This document shows, one piece after another, positions 14,043 to 27,585 of a DNA stretch of 64,000 bases (position 1 is its first letter; each line of letters opens with the position of its first letter). Both the position numbers and the translations under genes were made by a program. The DNA comes from Paraglomus brasilianum. Its lineage: Eukaryota. The notes beneath the pieces are model-generated. The model was not told where the DNA came from. It searched no databases and saw nothing but the letters and a program-made list of their open reading frames with translations. The stretch is from positions 1-64,000 of the forward strand of contig CAJVPI010000015.1 of NCBI GenBank assembly GCA_910592345.1, read 5' to 3'.

Positions 14043-17000
14043 ATTCTTTCTATCTGGTATCATCTCTTTTTCTCTGTCGCTTCGCACACAGGTGATGCAC
14101 AATAACAGTTGCGTCAGTAAGCATGGAGGTACAGCTGAAGATACTGGGATGAGGTTAATTGGTCATGGAATTTATTTGGTAAAAATTATTACAACGTATG
14201 AATGAATGGTTGGGTGTTCTGAATAAAGCATCAAAACTTTGAGAGTTTAGCCGAGTCAATATTACAACTAATTAACCAGCTTGATGAACATTCCGTTCAT
14301 CGCAACAACTGTCCAATCATAAACCTCTTCTCCATTTACGTCTCGTTGCTTTTATCTATCCCATCTTTGTCTTATTCAACTCCACACTCTATGCATTCAT
14401 TTCCAATATGTCGACTTCCCCGCAATGATTTACTCATGTTAAAGATGCTGATTTTTAGCAATTCGGTATCTTTTTTTAATCAATTAATAGTATTCCGTAA
14501 TTGATAATCCGATATGCATGAAGGCAGGCTTTGCATATATGCATTTACAATTGCAACAGAATAAATAAAATATGAATGGAAAAAAATGGAACCATTAATA
14601 ATGATAATATAACCCAATTGTTAATGTTGGAACTCTGTCTCTATCTTTTCCATTGATACCTTCTCGTTTCTGCCGATTTTCGTTATTCTTCACCTTCCAC
14701 TCTCTCCTCTTACGCCTACTCCTCCCCCTTTCTTCCTCATCATAAACAATCCTCGGCTAACCCCCTTTGTTTCCTAATTTCCTTCAATTCCTGTTTTCAC
14801 TTTTTTTCCCTTCTGTAGATGTACAACTTTATTCTCTCGCATATATTCTGCAAGTCGCAAATTATGAAACGTGATATGGACTGGTTGTGATGGTTGTGAT
14901 GTTGTGATGCATTAAAGTAAAGCGAGATAACAGAGTTGGGGGGTGTGAGGCTGCAAAACCTGTGACGATTTAGAATCAAGAGATATAGAGAAAGAGATCC
15001 CGCCATCTTTACTAGATAATAATAGGTATCATCAGCCATTATTCGCAATTGTATACTGTTTCCTTTAATCCCCCCGTTATTTGGAGAAAAAAAAGACCAT
15101 TTTGTAAAACATACAATTATCAACTAGATATATCGCATTACGCCACTTGTAGCCTAGACTTCAAATCTTTACGCCTTTAAATCCCGCATTAACAATGGAA
15201 CAGCAGGTTATTCTTCCTGTCATTTTTAATTATTTCGTCATTGTTAATTGAGGCGGATATGTTTTGTGCAAGTCGGATAGAAATAGATACAGTGTTTGCA
15301 TTCTCGGATACATTAAACCCATCTTTTGTCTTGACTTGTGTCGATCGTAGGAGGCTTTATTTACTTTCCCCTAATGTTTGCATAACGCGTCTCTTATCTC
15401 CCCAATGTTTGCGTCAACGCGTATGACCTTTAATAGTGTGGATTGTACATTATCCTTCGCCGGGTGGGGTGGCTGAGCGTTAAATGGAAATCGAGTAATA
15501 AACATTTATCGTTTTGTTTATAATTGACCCAGATATTGTTTGTTATACAAAACACAAGTGACATTCTCGGTCAGTGCGAGATCGAGTCTTATGACTAGCA
15601 GGGTTTATGTTTGAACAATAAGCAGAAATGCAAGAGATAAGATTAAGTTCAAAGGAAAATAATGGGAAATGATGTTTAACTGAAAACATCAACATAAACA
15701 ACAAATCAACAATAATAATAGTAGCAGTGACAATAAGGATTGATAGTCACATAATCTTAAATGGTATGAATTGTGAGAACTTTTAAGATATCCCATTCAC
15801 CTTGGTTGTATATACATATTATTTATTGTTATAAGCAGTATATTCATATTAATTATTAGCAGTAGACTATGAGCAATTTACCACGCCAGCCTACGTTCTA
15901 TAGAACGAATCTTTTCCTTCCATTGCTATGGAGGTGCCAGAGGGTGTGCCAGACAAAGTGTCAGATATCGACAAGTATGTGCTGTATATATGGCCAATAA
16001 ACACATCACTGCGGAATGAGACTTGTGATGATAGAGTGAAGTGGTCCTTGCACTTTGATACTAATAGTCCCTTATTATTATCATCACTGAATTCCCAAAT
16101 CTCTCATAAACGTTTACCAACCGTTATTGTTACGTTTGTTTGTGAAAAAAATTTTTTTCTGGCAAATGGGATTCTAAATACGGAAAGTTATCTCATCAAT
16201 AATGATAACTATATGTTGTGTAATCACATATATTATACATATTTATGTACGAGTGTGTAATGTTTATATATTAATATACAAGAGTTAATACTTAATAATA
16301 GCAATAGCAATAATAATAGTGATAGTGATAAATAGTAATAACTACTATTAACATATTAAGGGGGTTGATGTTGGGGTTTATAATTATGACTCGAAAGTCA
16401 CATCGTATTATTGTAGTCAAGCAATTGTCTTTTCCGCTGTAATTTGGTTATTGTGGCCCCATCCTCTCTTCATTTGCCTATAATATGGAGTGCGTATAAG
16501 ATAAAGGGCGTAAAAACTACGCAAGCAGTAAACGATATGATACTGAAATAGATTGATAGAACCACAAACATACTGCGCCTCCCCACATCCCCACCACCAC
16601 CACCACCACCCCTTTCCCCATTACGCCGGCGGATAGAAATTTGAAAGAAAATTGTCCATAAAAATGCCACATAAAAAATTTGTTAATACAACAGCTGTAT
16701 TCTTTATTTGGTAATTGTGAAATGGCATAAGATTGAGCAAACAATGTAGCACTATTGTAAACATTCCCTTACCCAATAAATAAAGTTATTATTTATTTGT
16801 AAATCTTGGTATTCTGCTGAATTTCACGGATAAACGCTGATCATAATAATAACACAAATGCAAAAGGTCATATGCTGAATTTGTTCAACGGAATAAACTG
16901 GAAATTAATCGGGTAAACTCGTATTTTAACAATGAAAGGACCCTTTGGTTACTTTTTAAGCTTAACTGATAAACAATAGCAAAACAATCCATATTATGAT

Positions 17001-19149
17001 TATTATCGATTTTATCACGATATGGGCAAATTAAGATAACCATATGGCTATGGCCTGACCATAATATGATGTGACCATGACAAATAACCATAATCATCTT
17101 TTTGAAATCATTGTCATAGCTCACCTGCTTAAAGTGCATTAATAAACAATTAACCTTAACATTTATTATCACGTATAGTCGGCTTTCGAGTATACGATAT
17201 ACACCATGAAACAATGGTCATAGCTTAATTGCTTATGTTAATAGGTCCTGCTATGACGTAAGCAACCATCGTGATCGGAAATTAACGCAATGAAAATACA
17301 TACTGGGATTCCAACAGCAGAAATAGTAGTGTGAGATTTTTGCTTATATGGTGAATAATGGAGAAGTAACCTGCCCGTTAATTTACTACTACATCTTTAG
17401 TAAAAGTGTTGGCAGCAATTAGTCTTACCATTATGATACCAACTAAATGCCAATCTCTTTTTGGAAAAAGAAAAAAAAATTTTTTTTTATTTGGACGCCT
17501 ATTAAGAGTCTGCATGCGCTCGTGACCAATATCATTCCGTTCTTTCTCGGGTCAACTTACATTTTCGAAAAGAAAATTTTTCAAAGTTTGTTTATTGGAA
17601 AGATATAATTTAATCATGGCGATGATGCTTGTGATAATGATAATAATATCGATGGGGGTCACATTGATGAATGCATGTTACCATATTCAATTGCGACACA
17701 AAGCCAGCCACTTTCTTTTTTAGTCCGAGTTCTTTATTCTCAATGCCGCATGCATTTGCCCTTGCTCAAATAAAGAGTTCAGCTAGCTCGAATTGTATAT
17801 CATTGTGCTACATCACACTTGCACTAAAAAAAAAAAAAGCTTCTAAACGGGCTTTTTTTCTACTGAACCATACATATCATATTGTTCTTTATCGGTTGTT
17901 TTCATTGGCGTCATGTAAGTTGCATCTGGCTATGGTTTATGGCTGAGAAGAACGCAATGTGAACAAGATGGCAAGAACGTAAGCAGATGGATTTAGATGA
18001 AAGCAAATATTCAATATCGGAGTTTAAAAGGTCAGAGTTTGGATTAGGCAAGCGATGAACAAAAGAATGGGGTTAAATCCTAGAGAGAGCAAAAACCTTG
18101 GATAAATTTAGTAGCAGAGATGGTGTTAATAATAGTAACGGGTCAACCATGTCCGAAACAACACAAAGAAAAGAGTAAGAATCTAAACTAGTAGTAATAG
18201 CAATAGTAAGCAAACTCCCCTTCCCCAACCGGGCACCTGACACTAAGCGCATAATGTGGCAAATGAATCAACCCAAACAAGTAGATTGACTAAGCAAATA
18301 ATTCTCTTTCTCTAAACATCGAAAATGCATGTACAATGCAATATGGCCATTGTTAATGATAACGAACAAGCAAGTTACGAAAATAACAATTAGTCATCAT
18401 GGAACTTCGTTGGGGATAATAGACAGACATTTGTTTTTTTAAGGTGTTACAAGGGCAAAATTTTTCGATGTAATTTTGCAACCATGGAAAAAAGTAACCG
18501 TTTTTACAATGTTGACAATATTCTATATAATATTCGGAAACAAGTTCAAAACTGTAAAAAAGTTTTCGTAAACAAACGGACATTGTGTAGCATATAATCG
18601 CACGACATGATAATATACGGTTACTTTTTTCTTGTAAGTATCAGCCATGAATCTACCTTTCGCTCGCTCAATTTGGGCTATACACACTTGTTTCAACCGT
18701 TTTACATCCTCACAGCCATACCTGTCAAGTATGAGAAAAAGTTTATGCGCATGTATCGAGATATATATTTCTCAGGATGAGAAAATAGGCTAGTTGGGGA
18801 CACAAACACAATTTAGGTAGAGTGAATAACGTATGTTTGTTATATATGGCAAATGGGCACTTTACTAGTCATGCAGCAAATACATTGAATAAACATCTAT
18901 CTGTACTCCAGTTTATCTGATACGAATCTTAGATATTAATATCTGATAGTACCACTCAGTTATTAAGCTTGTTTAGGGTGATTATCGTTCTCGCTTACCA
19001 ATTATGGGAAAAAAGGAGTAAAGTGTGTCATAAGATTGATTCTGATACACAAACAGAAGCTCAAACAGTTAGCGAAAAAAAAGGAAAAAAAAAAAAAAAG
19101 AAGAGATTGATGGAAACGAAGCGATAATCGGATAGAGCAAAAAGAAGTA

Positions 19150-19210
19150 GAAAGGTAGAAAGAGAGAAAGAGAGAAAGAGAGAAAGAGAGAAAGAGAGCT
19201 AAAGAGAGGA
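19150..19210. repeat. (AGAGAGAA)n purine microsatellite
   Basis: Repeated agagagaa units. Confidence 0.7.
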
Positions 19211-22200
19211 AACAACATAGAATAGTATCCAGGTATTGTACTTTGAGATCTAAAATGTCTGATTATCACAACCGAAACAAGTCTACTACGCTCTCTGCGA
19301 TTGTGAATGATCTTGTATTTGTTGAACGTTGCAACATATGCACCCCACACTCTCTGAGCTGTGGGAAGCCGATTGAGAAGTGCCAAAGATGCTGTTTATC
19401 GACTTGACAACGTAGACATCTGCACACAGTCTGCGATATAGATCTCTCAATACGAGATCAACTCTCACATAACATACTGCAGCTAGTGTGTATTCGGAGT
19501 GTGGGAGAGATGTGGGTCGGTTGGGGGGGGGGTCTGTTCGCATAGCCTTGACATACATCTGTCAAGACTAGTATGTACTGGTCTATGGAAGCGACAAAAT
19601 GAGAATAATGTGGCTATACTTTTTTTTTTTGCGACAGATCGATGAGAATAATAATCAACAATTATGACGCTTGGCTATGTTTATTTGTTACTTGTATTCA
19701 CATAATATATATAATATACACAGTATTACGGTGTATTGATATATTGATATTGATATTGATATTTGTAGTAGTTTAGTATAATTAGTATAATTTAACGGTA
19801 ATACAATATGATTTATGACATTAATATACTTCAGGCCATTGTCTTTTATTTGGTTAAAACGTGCTTTGAGTTTTTGAGTTTTGTTTTTATTTTTGTATTC
19901 AACATATAACTAATATGATAAACACAGAGTCATATGGTCTCTTTCATTATTTTATGGCGATATTTCTTCACATACCTTCATTTAAAGTATCACATTCGGT
20001 CAACTATAATTAAACAGCTTGTTCATTTAAGTCGCCCATTCTTACTCACTCCCATTGTTGCTCTATTTACCCAACGCCAACAATTCTATTAAACTGTAAC
20101 CGATTATTTATATTCTTTATATTTACGGAAACAATCAAAAATCCGTTTAACTTTGTATGGAATGACTCTTCTTCGTTTGTGGCTTATGACGGAAAAAAAA
20201 TTTGGCGTTTCGTGGAAAATTTTTTCTTGTATCTCGGTCGATAGGGAAAGTTTGGGAAGCATTGTCACTTATAGGTGCATCATGTTCATTGTATCGATCT
20301 CGATATTCTATATCAGTCATCATATATCCATATGCGACTATTACATTGTCCGTTCAGACCAGATCCAATTGCTTCCCACACTTGGTTATTCCCCCTTTTT
20401 CTCTCTCTCGAGACTTTTAACAATCAAGTCGTTACGGTCCATGATATGGGATGATACGGATATGGGTAATGTGTGGTAGACTGTGGTAGACCGCTAAAGA
20501 GACGCAAAATAGGTATATGATCGAATGTAGGTTGAAAGGACGTTCGACGGCGAGAGTACGTTGGTCAGGCTGTGTTGGCGCTACGACAAATCGACAGTTA
20601 TTCACGACCCCCGTACGCGTTAACCCGTAGAGCATCGAAAGAGGATTAGTATCTTTTCACATACTACGAAATAAGGCAAAGCTGAAACATTCTCCCCCGT
20701 TAACCTGAGAAATATTCAGTATATTATACAGTAATAGAGGGTGTTTATTGAGAAGATAAATTGAGATTGCTTTTTCTCCTGGTCTACAATTTCCTTTCAC
20801 TTTCACACTCCTGGTCAATCGTTAACAACGATAGCCTAACCGAACCACCCACTAGTCTGATCCAAAGTTTAATAATAATAAACTGTCTTGTTTTGCGCGG
20901 TTTGAACCGTACATGAAATAACTTTCACTCTCGTAAAACACACTGTAGATATCGCATATTCCAGTATTCTAAACCCGAAATATTTGACCGACGGGTTATG
21001 TGGGAAGAGATATGGGAGGTATGGGGCACGTGAACATTTTGTGTTGTTTCTCGGCACATGATACATCTAGCGTTTATAGAGCATCTAGCTGTTTTTATGT
21101 CCCATATGAAGTAAACCACCATAGATTGAATTACGAAAGTATTCAAAGAATCGGTCATGCTAATCATAATGAACGCAAATCTCCTGTAGTAATCGAATTA
21201 TTACGGTGAGCTTAACAAGTTTAAACCGATTATTATTGTAAGAAAGTATGCAAGAACGTCTGGAGATCATTCAATTATAGGTGATCCATAGCGAAACGAC
21301 TTTCCCTTGCATTAGGAACGGGTATATCCGATATCTATTGTTATACATGCACAATTTATGATACAATTTAGATCACTAAACATTTCTCCATTGTGCAGCT
21401 TTGTACCAAACGATCATCACCCCCCCACCTCCACTAGAGCACAACCTCTGTCGTGTAAGCTTCTATCTTGATAACTATCACCTTTCCTATTTTTATCAGA
21501 AACACTTTTATAGACCTCGCATAATGAAAAGCAGTTGATCTGTGGGGTGTTGCACAAGTCTAGAAAATGAAATGTCGAAATCATACGAGCAGCCTACGCT
21601 AAGACATGCCACTTGCACACTCGGGGGAAAAAAAAAGAAAAAGCTATTCTTAATATCATCACATTACAGGTCGTTATGCATTCACGCATCATACGCACGC
21701 ACATCCTGTCGTTCTGTATGTCGATAAAGAACCGACATCAGCTATCGTATCCATCAATCAATTCACGTGATATGTGACTCTTATCACCGACTCTTATCAC
21801 CAAATCACATCAACTAGTTCACTAAACCTAATTCGCATTTTTTTTTCTCATTCATCCGTGTTATTAGTTTCACCGTGTACCACCGCACAATCTCTTACTA
21901 AACCAGCATCTTGCAGAAATTCTTTGTAGCGGAAAACGGAAACCAGTTTATTGTCTTGTTCGAAATGCACTGTGTCCTTCTCTCTCCGCATTTTCACGTT
22001 TTGATTGCGGGGAAAAAAATTTTTTTTCCTCTTACATGTGTCATTTTAGGCTTGGGAGCGTAGAACGACGAATGTTGTGTGAAAATCAACTGTTTCACAT
22101 AATAATTTACTTAGTTTATTTAATATATGTAGCACTCCACTTAGTATCTTACTAATTTTAGGTAAATCGAGCAGTTTACAAAGACAATGAATGACTTGCA

Positions 22201-24448
22201 CTGTTCAGAACCTAGAAAGCTTCCTTCTTCCAAGATTCTACTTTTGGTGCATGTAGCATGCACTTACATAACTGTACATCACTTGTTTGCTTTCATGAGT
22301 AGATACAGCCCCGCCCAAGTTCAGCAGAGTAAGCACAGTTGATTTGCGGTCAATTATTACTGTTTGTAGATTTAGTTTAAAAACTCGTAAAAAGAATTGT
22401 GCAAGCGAATAAAAGGAGAAAGACAAAAGGATTAATGTAAACGGACGTTATTCATTCGGAATGAGCAAGAAAGGAAGTTAACAACATTGATCTAGAGATA
22501 GACGTTCGAATCGTAGCTAGAAAGGCTGTCACGGGTATATTAATTTTTTGGATGAATTGGGCAAATTCATCATTTAGTCATTCGCTCTGTGCTCTTTCAT
22601 TAGGATCGCCAATACTCTTTCTATTACTAGAGTTTCTTACGTATGATCGTGCGGCCGTACGTCATCTTGCCTCAATGCTCACATTGGACAAAATGATTTG
22701 AAATTCTCTGGTCGGTAACCCGATAAGTGACTATACTCGATCGGGATACTAACCTGTAGAACCAGAAAATCCTCGCCATATTGGTCTGCGGTAACAATAG
22801 TCTCGATTATCTCTCCCGGCTTATTATTTGCGGCTGTGCATATTTGTGCTTTCATTCTCACGATTAAAAAAATCATTATTAGGTGATATCAACGGGGGAG
22901 ATGAGGAAAAGGTGCTAGTCATGATATACCAAGATCAAGTAATATAGGCTTTTTATTATTACACTTTCACTGGAAAGTTAATTACTTATCACACAATAAA
23001 TCATATGACTAAAGTTGGTCAATTTAATTTCCAGTAAGATGATAAGAAGGACGAACGTTTATAGTCATTAAAAATATGTATCCTCTTTGAATTTAAACTG
23101 CAATCTAGGTATCTCTGGACGAGAGCATTGCAGAGCAAATAACCAATTGCAAGAGTAAATATACAGTCGTAAGTATCTGGGATTGTTTCTAATTATCAAG
23201 TAGACGCAATTCAGTTGAATTACAAGTAGGTAATGCAGATGGGAGATTCTGTTTAATGGTAAATATCTTGCTTAACAAGCATTAAAAACGAAGCATGATA
23301 AGGGATTCTTAGATTGCCCCCAGTGAATTTAAGTGTATCGTTTCGTGTAAAAGTGGGTCCCTTTCGGTGTATCAACTCAATTAGAATGCAGCTTTCATTA
23401 TGGAACCAGACAAGGACCTTTAATAAAAGAGAGCAACAAAAGAAACAAGTGTTACAAAGAAATCAGAAATTTCTTCCATCGCGAAAGCAACTACGATTCT
23501 ATAATCAATGTGTCTGGGTATAATCAACTTGTGAAAGTATTGTATTGATTCGATCATTCACTTGAATAATAATGATGGTTTATGTTTCAACTATTCCTTC
23601 AAAACCTTTGTTAGGCAAAGAATAGCAGAAACTTGTAAAATAAGTTGTGACGATACGCGATTATTGTTGTTACCGAAGAAGTTGACTGTACCATCATTTA
23701 TCAATCGAATGGGACGATTGCAGAAGATATTTAATATTGAATGAACTTGGGAACAATTACTGAAATTGGGAGAAAACAACGGCTGTAGAAGATGTCAACC
23801 ATCAGATCAATAGACTAACGTTGGATTATTTACTCTCACAGAATGACTGAGGAGCTTCTTGTTATCGAAAATACAAAACCTCACGTGACATTGGTATCGA
23901 TAAAGAGATGCAGATATACTTTATCACTGAGACATAATGGCATAGTTCCAATGGATTGCTGATGAATCTGGAATATCCAACCACTGGTTATTTGCGGCGG
24001 CGCGCATTTGATTGCAAATTTTCCTATCCATTGACATTTCACTTTGTCCGAGATATAAGCAATTAGCTAAAGCAATGAATTTATAGAATCGTGACTAACA
24101 TTTGTCAAGTAAACGGTTGTTCCCTTCACAAAAAGAACTTATTTCGTTGGTGCGTTTATTGGTTGGAAGGACTTTCAATTTCAAGCGATCCGAAATATCG
24201 ACTTGGTATTTATCCCTTTAATCAGGACTGCAATCAAATCAACATTCGAATCCCTTAAATTCTTAACATACTGTCATAGGGCTCTAATATTTAATCGTGT
24301 CTAAAGCGCAACGGAAGGGTAACATATGATGTCACAAAATGAATATTATTTGGGTGCAATCTCTTTGCAAAGACAACTTCCGCCTTAAAAACTACCAAGT
24401 TCATTAGCCCACTGGAAGACAATAAAATATAAAAGGAGACTTCTTATA

Positions 24449-24644
24449 CAGTCAACCCTCTTTATAATCACCCCCTCTATAAGCACATCATATGAAAACT
24501 TCTTTATAAGCACACCATGTTTGAGAACCAATTACTATTGAACTTATAGGAAAAGCCCTCTATATAGTCACAACCTCTTTATAAGCACATTTTCAACAAA
24601 AGTTGCATTGTTCCCGACAGCGTGACTATGGAGAGGGTTGACTG
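24449..24644. mobile_element. MITE, Tc1/mariner(pogo)-type, copy 1 (196 bp)
   Basis: TIRs cagtcaaccctct ... agagggttgactg, flanked by TA on both sides (24447-48, 24645-46). Near-identical copy at 50908-51069. Confidence 0.9.
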
Positions 24645-25013
24645 TACAACTTTTTTTGCTCACAAATGGATCTTTAATGGAAAAGTTGTCGTTCATCAAC
24701 GATAGATCTATTCTGTCAGAGTGGATTAATATTAAAAGCTTTAAATTCGAATGGAAGAAACTGTGATTCACCGAAAGGGTGATTCCGCCAGAATTGATTA
24801 AGAGAAATTGGCAACCTCCTTGATCAAAATTGCTCACCTGATGCAAATAACGTCTCATCGACTGTTGAATGTTGAAGAATTAATTAACACAACACGTCGA
24901 TTTTTTTAATATAAAGTGGCGTAGACGCCGCTAACGTAATTTTGGTTACACTAATAAATTCGTCACACAGTATACTTTTTTTTTTGATGGTTGATCCTGG
25001 CAATCACCTCCAA

Positions 25014-25951
25014 ATGCTTCATTTCATGAAAATTCTCTACACAATCTCGTTTATCTTCTTTGCTCTAATAACCGTAGCTGCCTTATTCTTATCAGCCGCT
25101 GACGTTATCCTTGAAGCTTGGAAAGATGAGTCGAAAAGGATACAATACTTAACTATCATTGCCGTCGCTTATTTACTCTTGGTAAGTATCAAAAGAAAAT
25201 AACCCTAGGCTCACAAGAATACGTAACTGAGAGACAAGCTCTATTGTGAAATACCTCACCAATAATCTTTTATCTCTTATTGATCTTAGGGTTTTCTTGC
25301 CGTAACAGTAGGCCTTAGTCGCCTGTTCACCACACGGAGAGCATTAGCTAATATACCCAAATCGTACGTACCCATACGCAAGGAGGATATCCCTCGAGTA
25401 AGTGTACCTTTGATTTCTCCCGCCATATATTCACCATGCATGTTAGATTTTTGCCCCAACTTTATCTACCTTTACTTCATTTATGTACTCAATCATAATA
25501 CAAGTCTGTTCATTCGTACATAACAAAATCCCTCGCCGAAATCTGCGATATAACGCTTGCGTCACAACCTAGTCAAAAAGATACTACTCAACCAGGATGG
25601 GGCCGACCTAGCACATCCCTTGCAAACATCCACTTTAGGACGTCAATCCGTCAGACCACAGTCATTATCGAACAGGCAGTCCAGAAATCTACCTCAATCG
25701 TTCGACATCCATCAATGACAACCCAACGATATATTGACTATCTTGTCGAGTGCAAGCTGATAGATAAAATAATAGGGAGACTGTATGTCGAGGGATATGA
25801 AAGGGCTAGATTTAGTGAGGAAGAAACTGGCGAGGAACATTATAAAGAGTTTATGAGGCTGGTTGCAGTACTGTTGAGGATGATAAGGAAGAACGAGATA
25901 TATTATAAGAGTGAAATCAAAGAAGAAGTTGAAAGCAATCTGGAACAGTGA
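25014..25951 (+). CDS. DLT1: DLT1-like (defect at low temperature 1) membrane protein, 3 exons
   Basis: Exons 25014-25181, 25290-25397, 25505-25951 with GT-AG introns in frame. Two N-terminal hydrophobic helices, then RRALANIPKSYVPIRKEDIP and QPGWGRP, which match my recollection of fungal DLT1 motifs. Confidence 0.75.
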
Positions 25952-26244
25952 GGACATTTTATATGAAGTAATCGACGTGATGATATCCTTTTTAATAATT
26001 ATTCTTTAATGTATCGTCATAATTTTACTGCTTTTTATTAAATTGTTTAATTTCAACTTTCGTCAAATGTCATAATTGGTCTGTTCAAAAAACCTTTATT
26101 CAGAGATATTGACAGATCCTCTATTTTGAATTATATACTCGATCTCTTTATACGGACTATTCATTACATCTGTTTTAATCTAATATTACATTATCTTCCC
26201 TCTTTAATTTTTTCACATTACCCACCTTTTTTGGGGGGATAAAC

Positions 26245-26568
26245 GACCCGAACGAAAAGCTCGCGTAAAGGGCAAACACACGGATTGGGCTCTTTAAAGA
26301 GTTCCAATCATTACTTACAACCCTTGGTGAAGGTCTGAGAAAAACCATACTTGTCTCTAGCTGAGACCCTTACGAGAGTGAGGAGTGGGTTACCAGAAAC
26401 GATACCCAACACTTTCCTTATATGAAGTTGTTCCTTTTTAGGGGATGACAGATTTTATGGGAGTGTTTGTGGTTGGAACGCGGCCCACTGGTGGAAGAAC
26501 TATGAAGTGCAATACGTGAGGCATCAGACATGATGTAACTCAATTCAGACTACTCTTTCGTTCGGGTC
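26245..26568 (+). ncRNA. RPR1: Nuclear RNase P RNA, copy 1
   Basis: P1 gacccgaacgaaa/tttcgttcgggtc; P2 ctcgcgta/tacgtgag; P3 with gattgg/ccaatc hairpin; CR-I cccttggtgaaggtctgaga; CR-II accagaaac; CR-III ttggaac; P10/11 agtgggt/gcccact; CR-IV aagtgcaat; CR-V aactcaattcagactact, forming P4 with CR-I (gtctga/tcagac). Same order and near-identical motifs as human H1 RNA. Confidence 0.93.
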
Positions 26569-26685
26569 CTTTCCCTATTCTTTCTATTCCACTTACACAG
26601 TCTTCTTATGTTGTATCACACGTTGTTTTAGTCCATCAATTACTTTTATCTTATCACCTTTCTCTATTTTTTCCCTCTATTCATG

Positions 26686-27010
26686 AACTCGAACGAAAAG
26701 CTCACGTAAAGGGCAAACACACGGATTGGGCTCTTTAAAGAGTTCCAGTCATTACTTACAACCCTTGGTGAAGGTCTGAGAAAAACCATACTTTGTCTCT
26801 AGCTGAGACCCTTACGAGAGTGAGGAGTGGGTTACCAGAAACGATACCCAGCGCTTTCCTTGTATGAAGTTGTTCCTTTTCAGGGGATGACAGATTTTAT
26901 GGGAGTGTTTGTGGTTGGAACGCGGCCCACTGGTGGAAGAACTATGAAGTGCAATACGTGAGGCATCAGACATGATGTAACTCAATTCAGACTACTCTTT
27001 CGTTCGGGTC
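26686..27010 (+). ncRNA. RPR1: Nuclear RNase P RNA, copy 2
   Basis: Near-identical to copy 1 with all of CR-I to CR-V intact. Several differences keep pairing (ctcacgta/tacgtgag in P2, U.G wobbles in P1 and P3). Confidence 0.9.
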
Positions 27011-27139
27011 CTTTCCCTTATTCTTTCTATTCCACTTACACAGTCTTCTTATGTTATATCACATGTTGTTTTAGTCCATCAATTACATGTTATCCCTTTC
27101 ATCTTATCACCTTTCTCTATTTTTTTCCCTCTATTCATG

Positions 27140-27396
27140 AACCCGAACGAAAAGCTCACGTAAAGGGCAAACAAACGGATTGGGCTCTTGTTTAAAGGGT
27201 TACAGTCATCACTTATAACCTTGGTGAAGGTATGAGAAGAATCATGATCTACTCTAAATCGAGAGTGAGTAGTGGGTTTACCAGAAACGATACCCAGCAT
27301 TTCCCTTATATGATGCTGTTCCTTTCAAGGGATAATTGATTTTATTATGGGAGTGTATGTGGAAGCGCAATAAGTGAGGCATCGTTATGCGATGTG
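27140..27396 (+). pseudogene. RNase P RNA, copy 3: diverged and 3'-truncated
   Basis: Colinear with copies 1 and 2 at the 5' end. CR-I is altered (gaaggtatgag), the CR-III/P10-11 3' segment is deleted, and there is no CR-V or P1 3' strand. Confidence 0.85.
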
Positions 27397-27585
27397 GAAG
27401 AATGAATCAACGAAGAAGGTAAGTGCAAGGATAGATCCGATTACGAGTAATTGATATATGTGATCGATTGTTATAAAATAGGAATAGTATAATTGTTTTA
27501 TTTCTCATTCAAATGGATATTATCATCTACCAATTTACAGCACGATCTGTCGTGCTCAGTCTTAAATCCTAGATCAATAAAAATT

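Noticed and set aside
23100..24300. Possible decayed F-box/LRR-like gene on the minus strand
   Set aside because: Only Leu-rich fragments between many stops, with no motif I can name confidently.
26245..27396. Tandem ~440-bp repeat read as LTRs, a satellite, a CRISPR array or the 73-aa ORF at 27079-27300
   Set aside because: The units carry the complete ordered RNase P RNA conserved regions and pairings. There are no TG..CA LTR ends and no repeat-spacer pattern.
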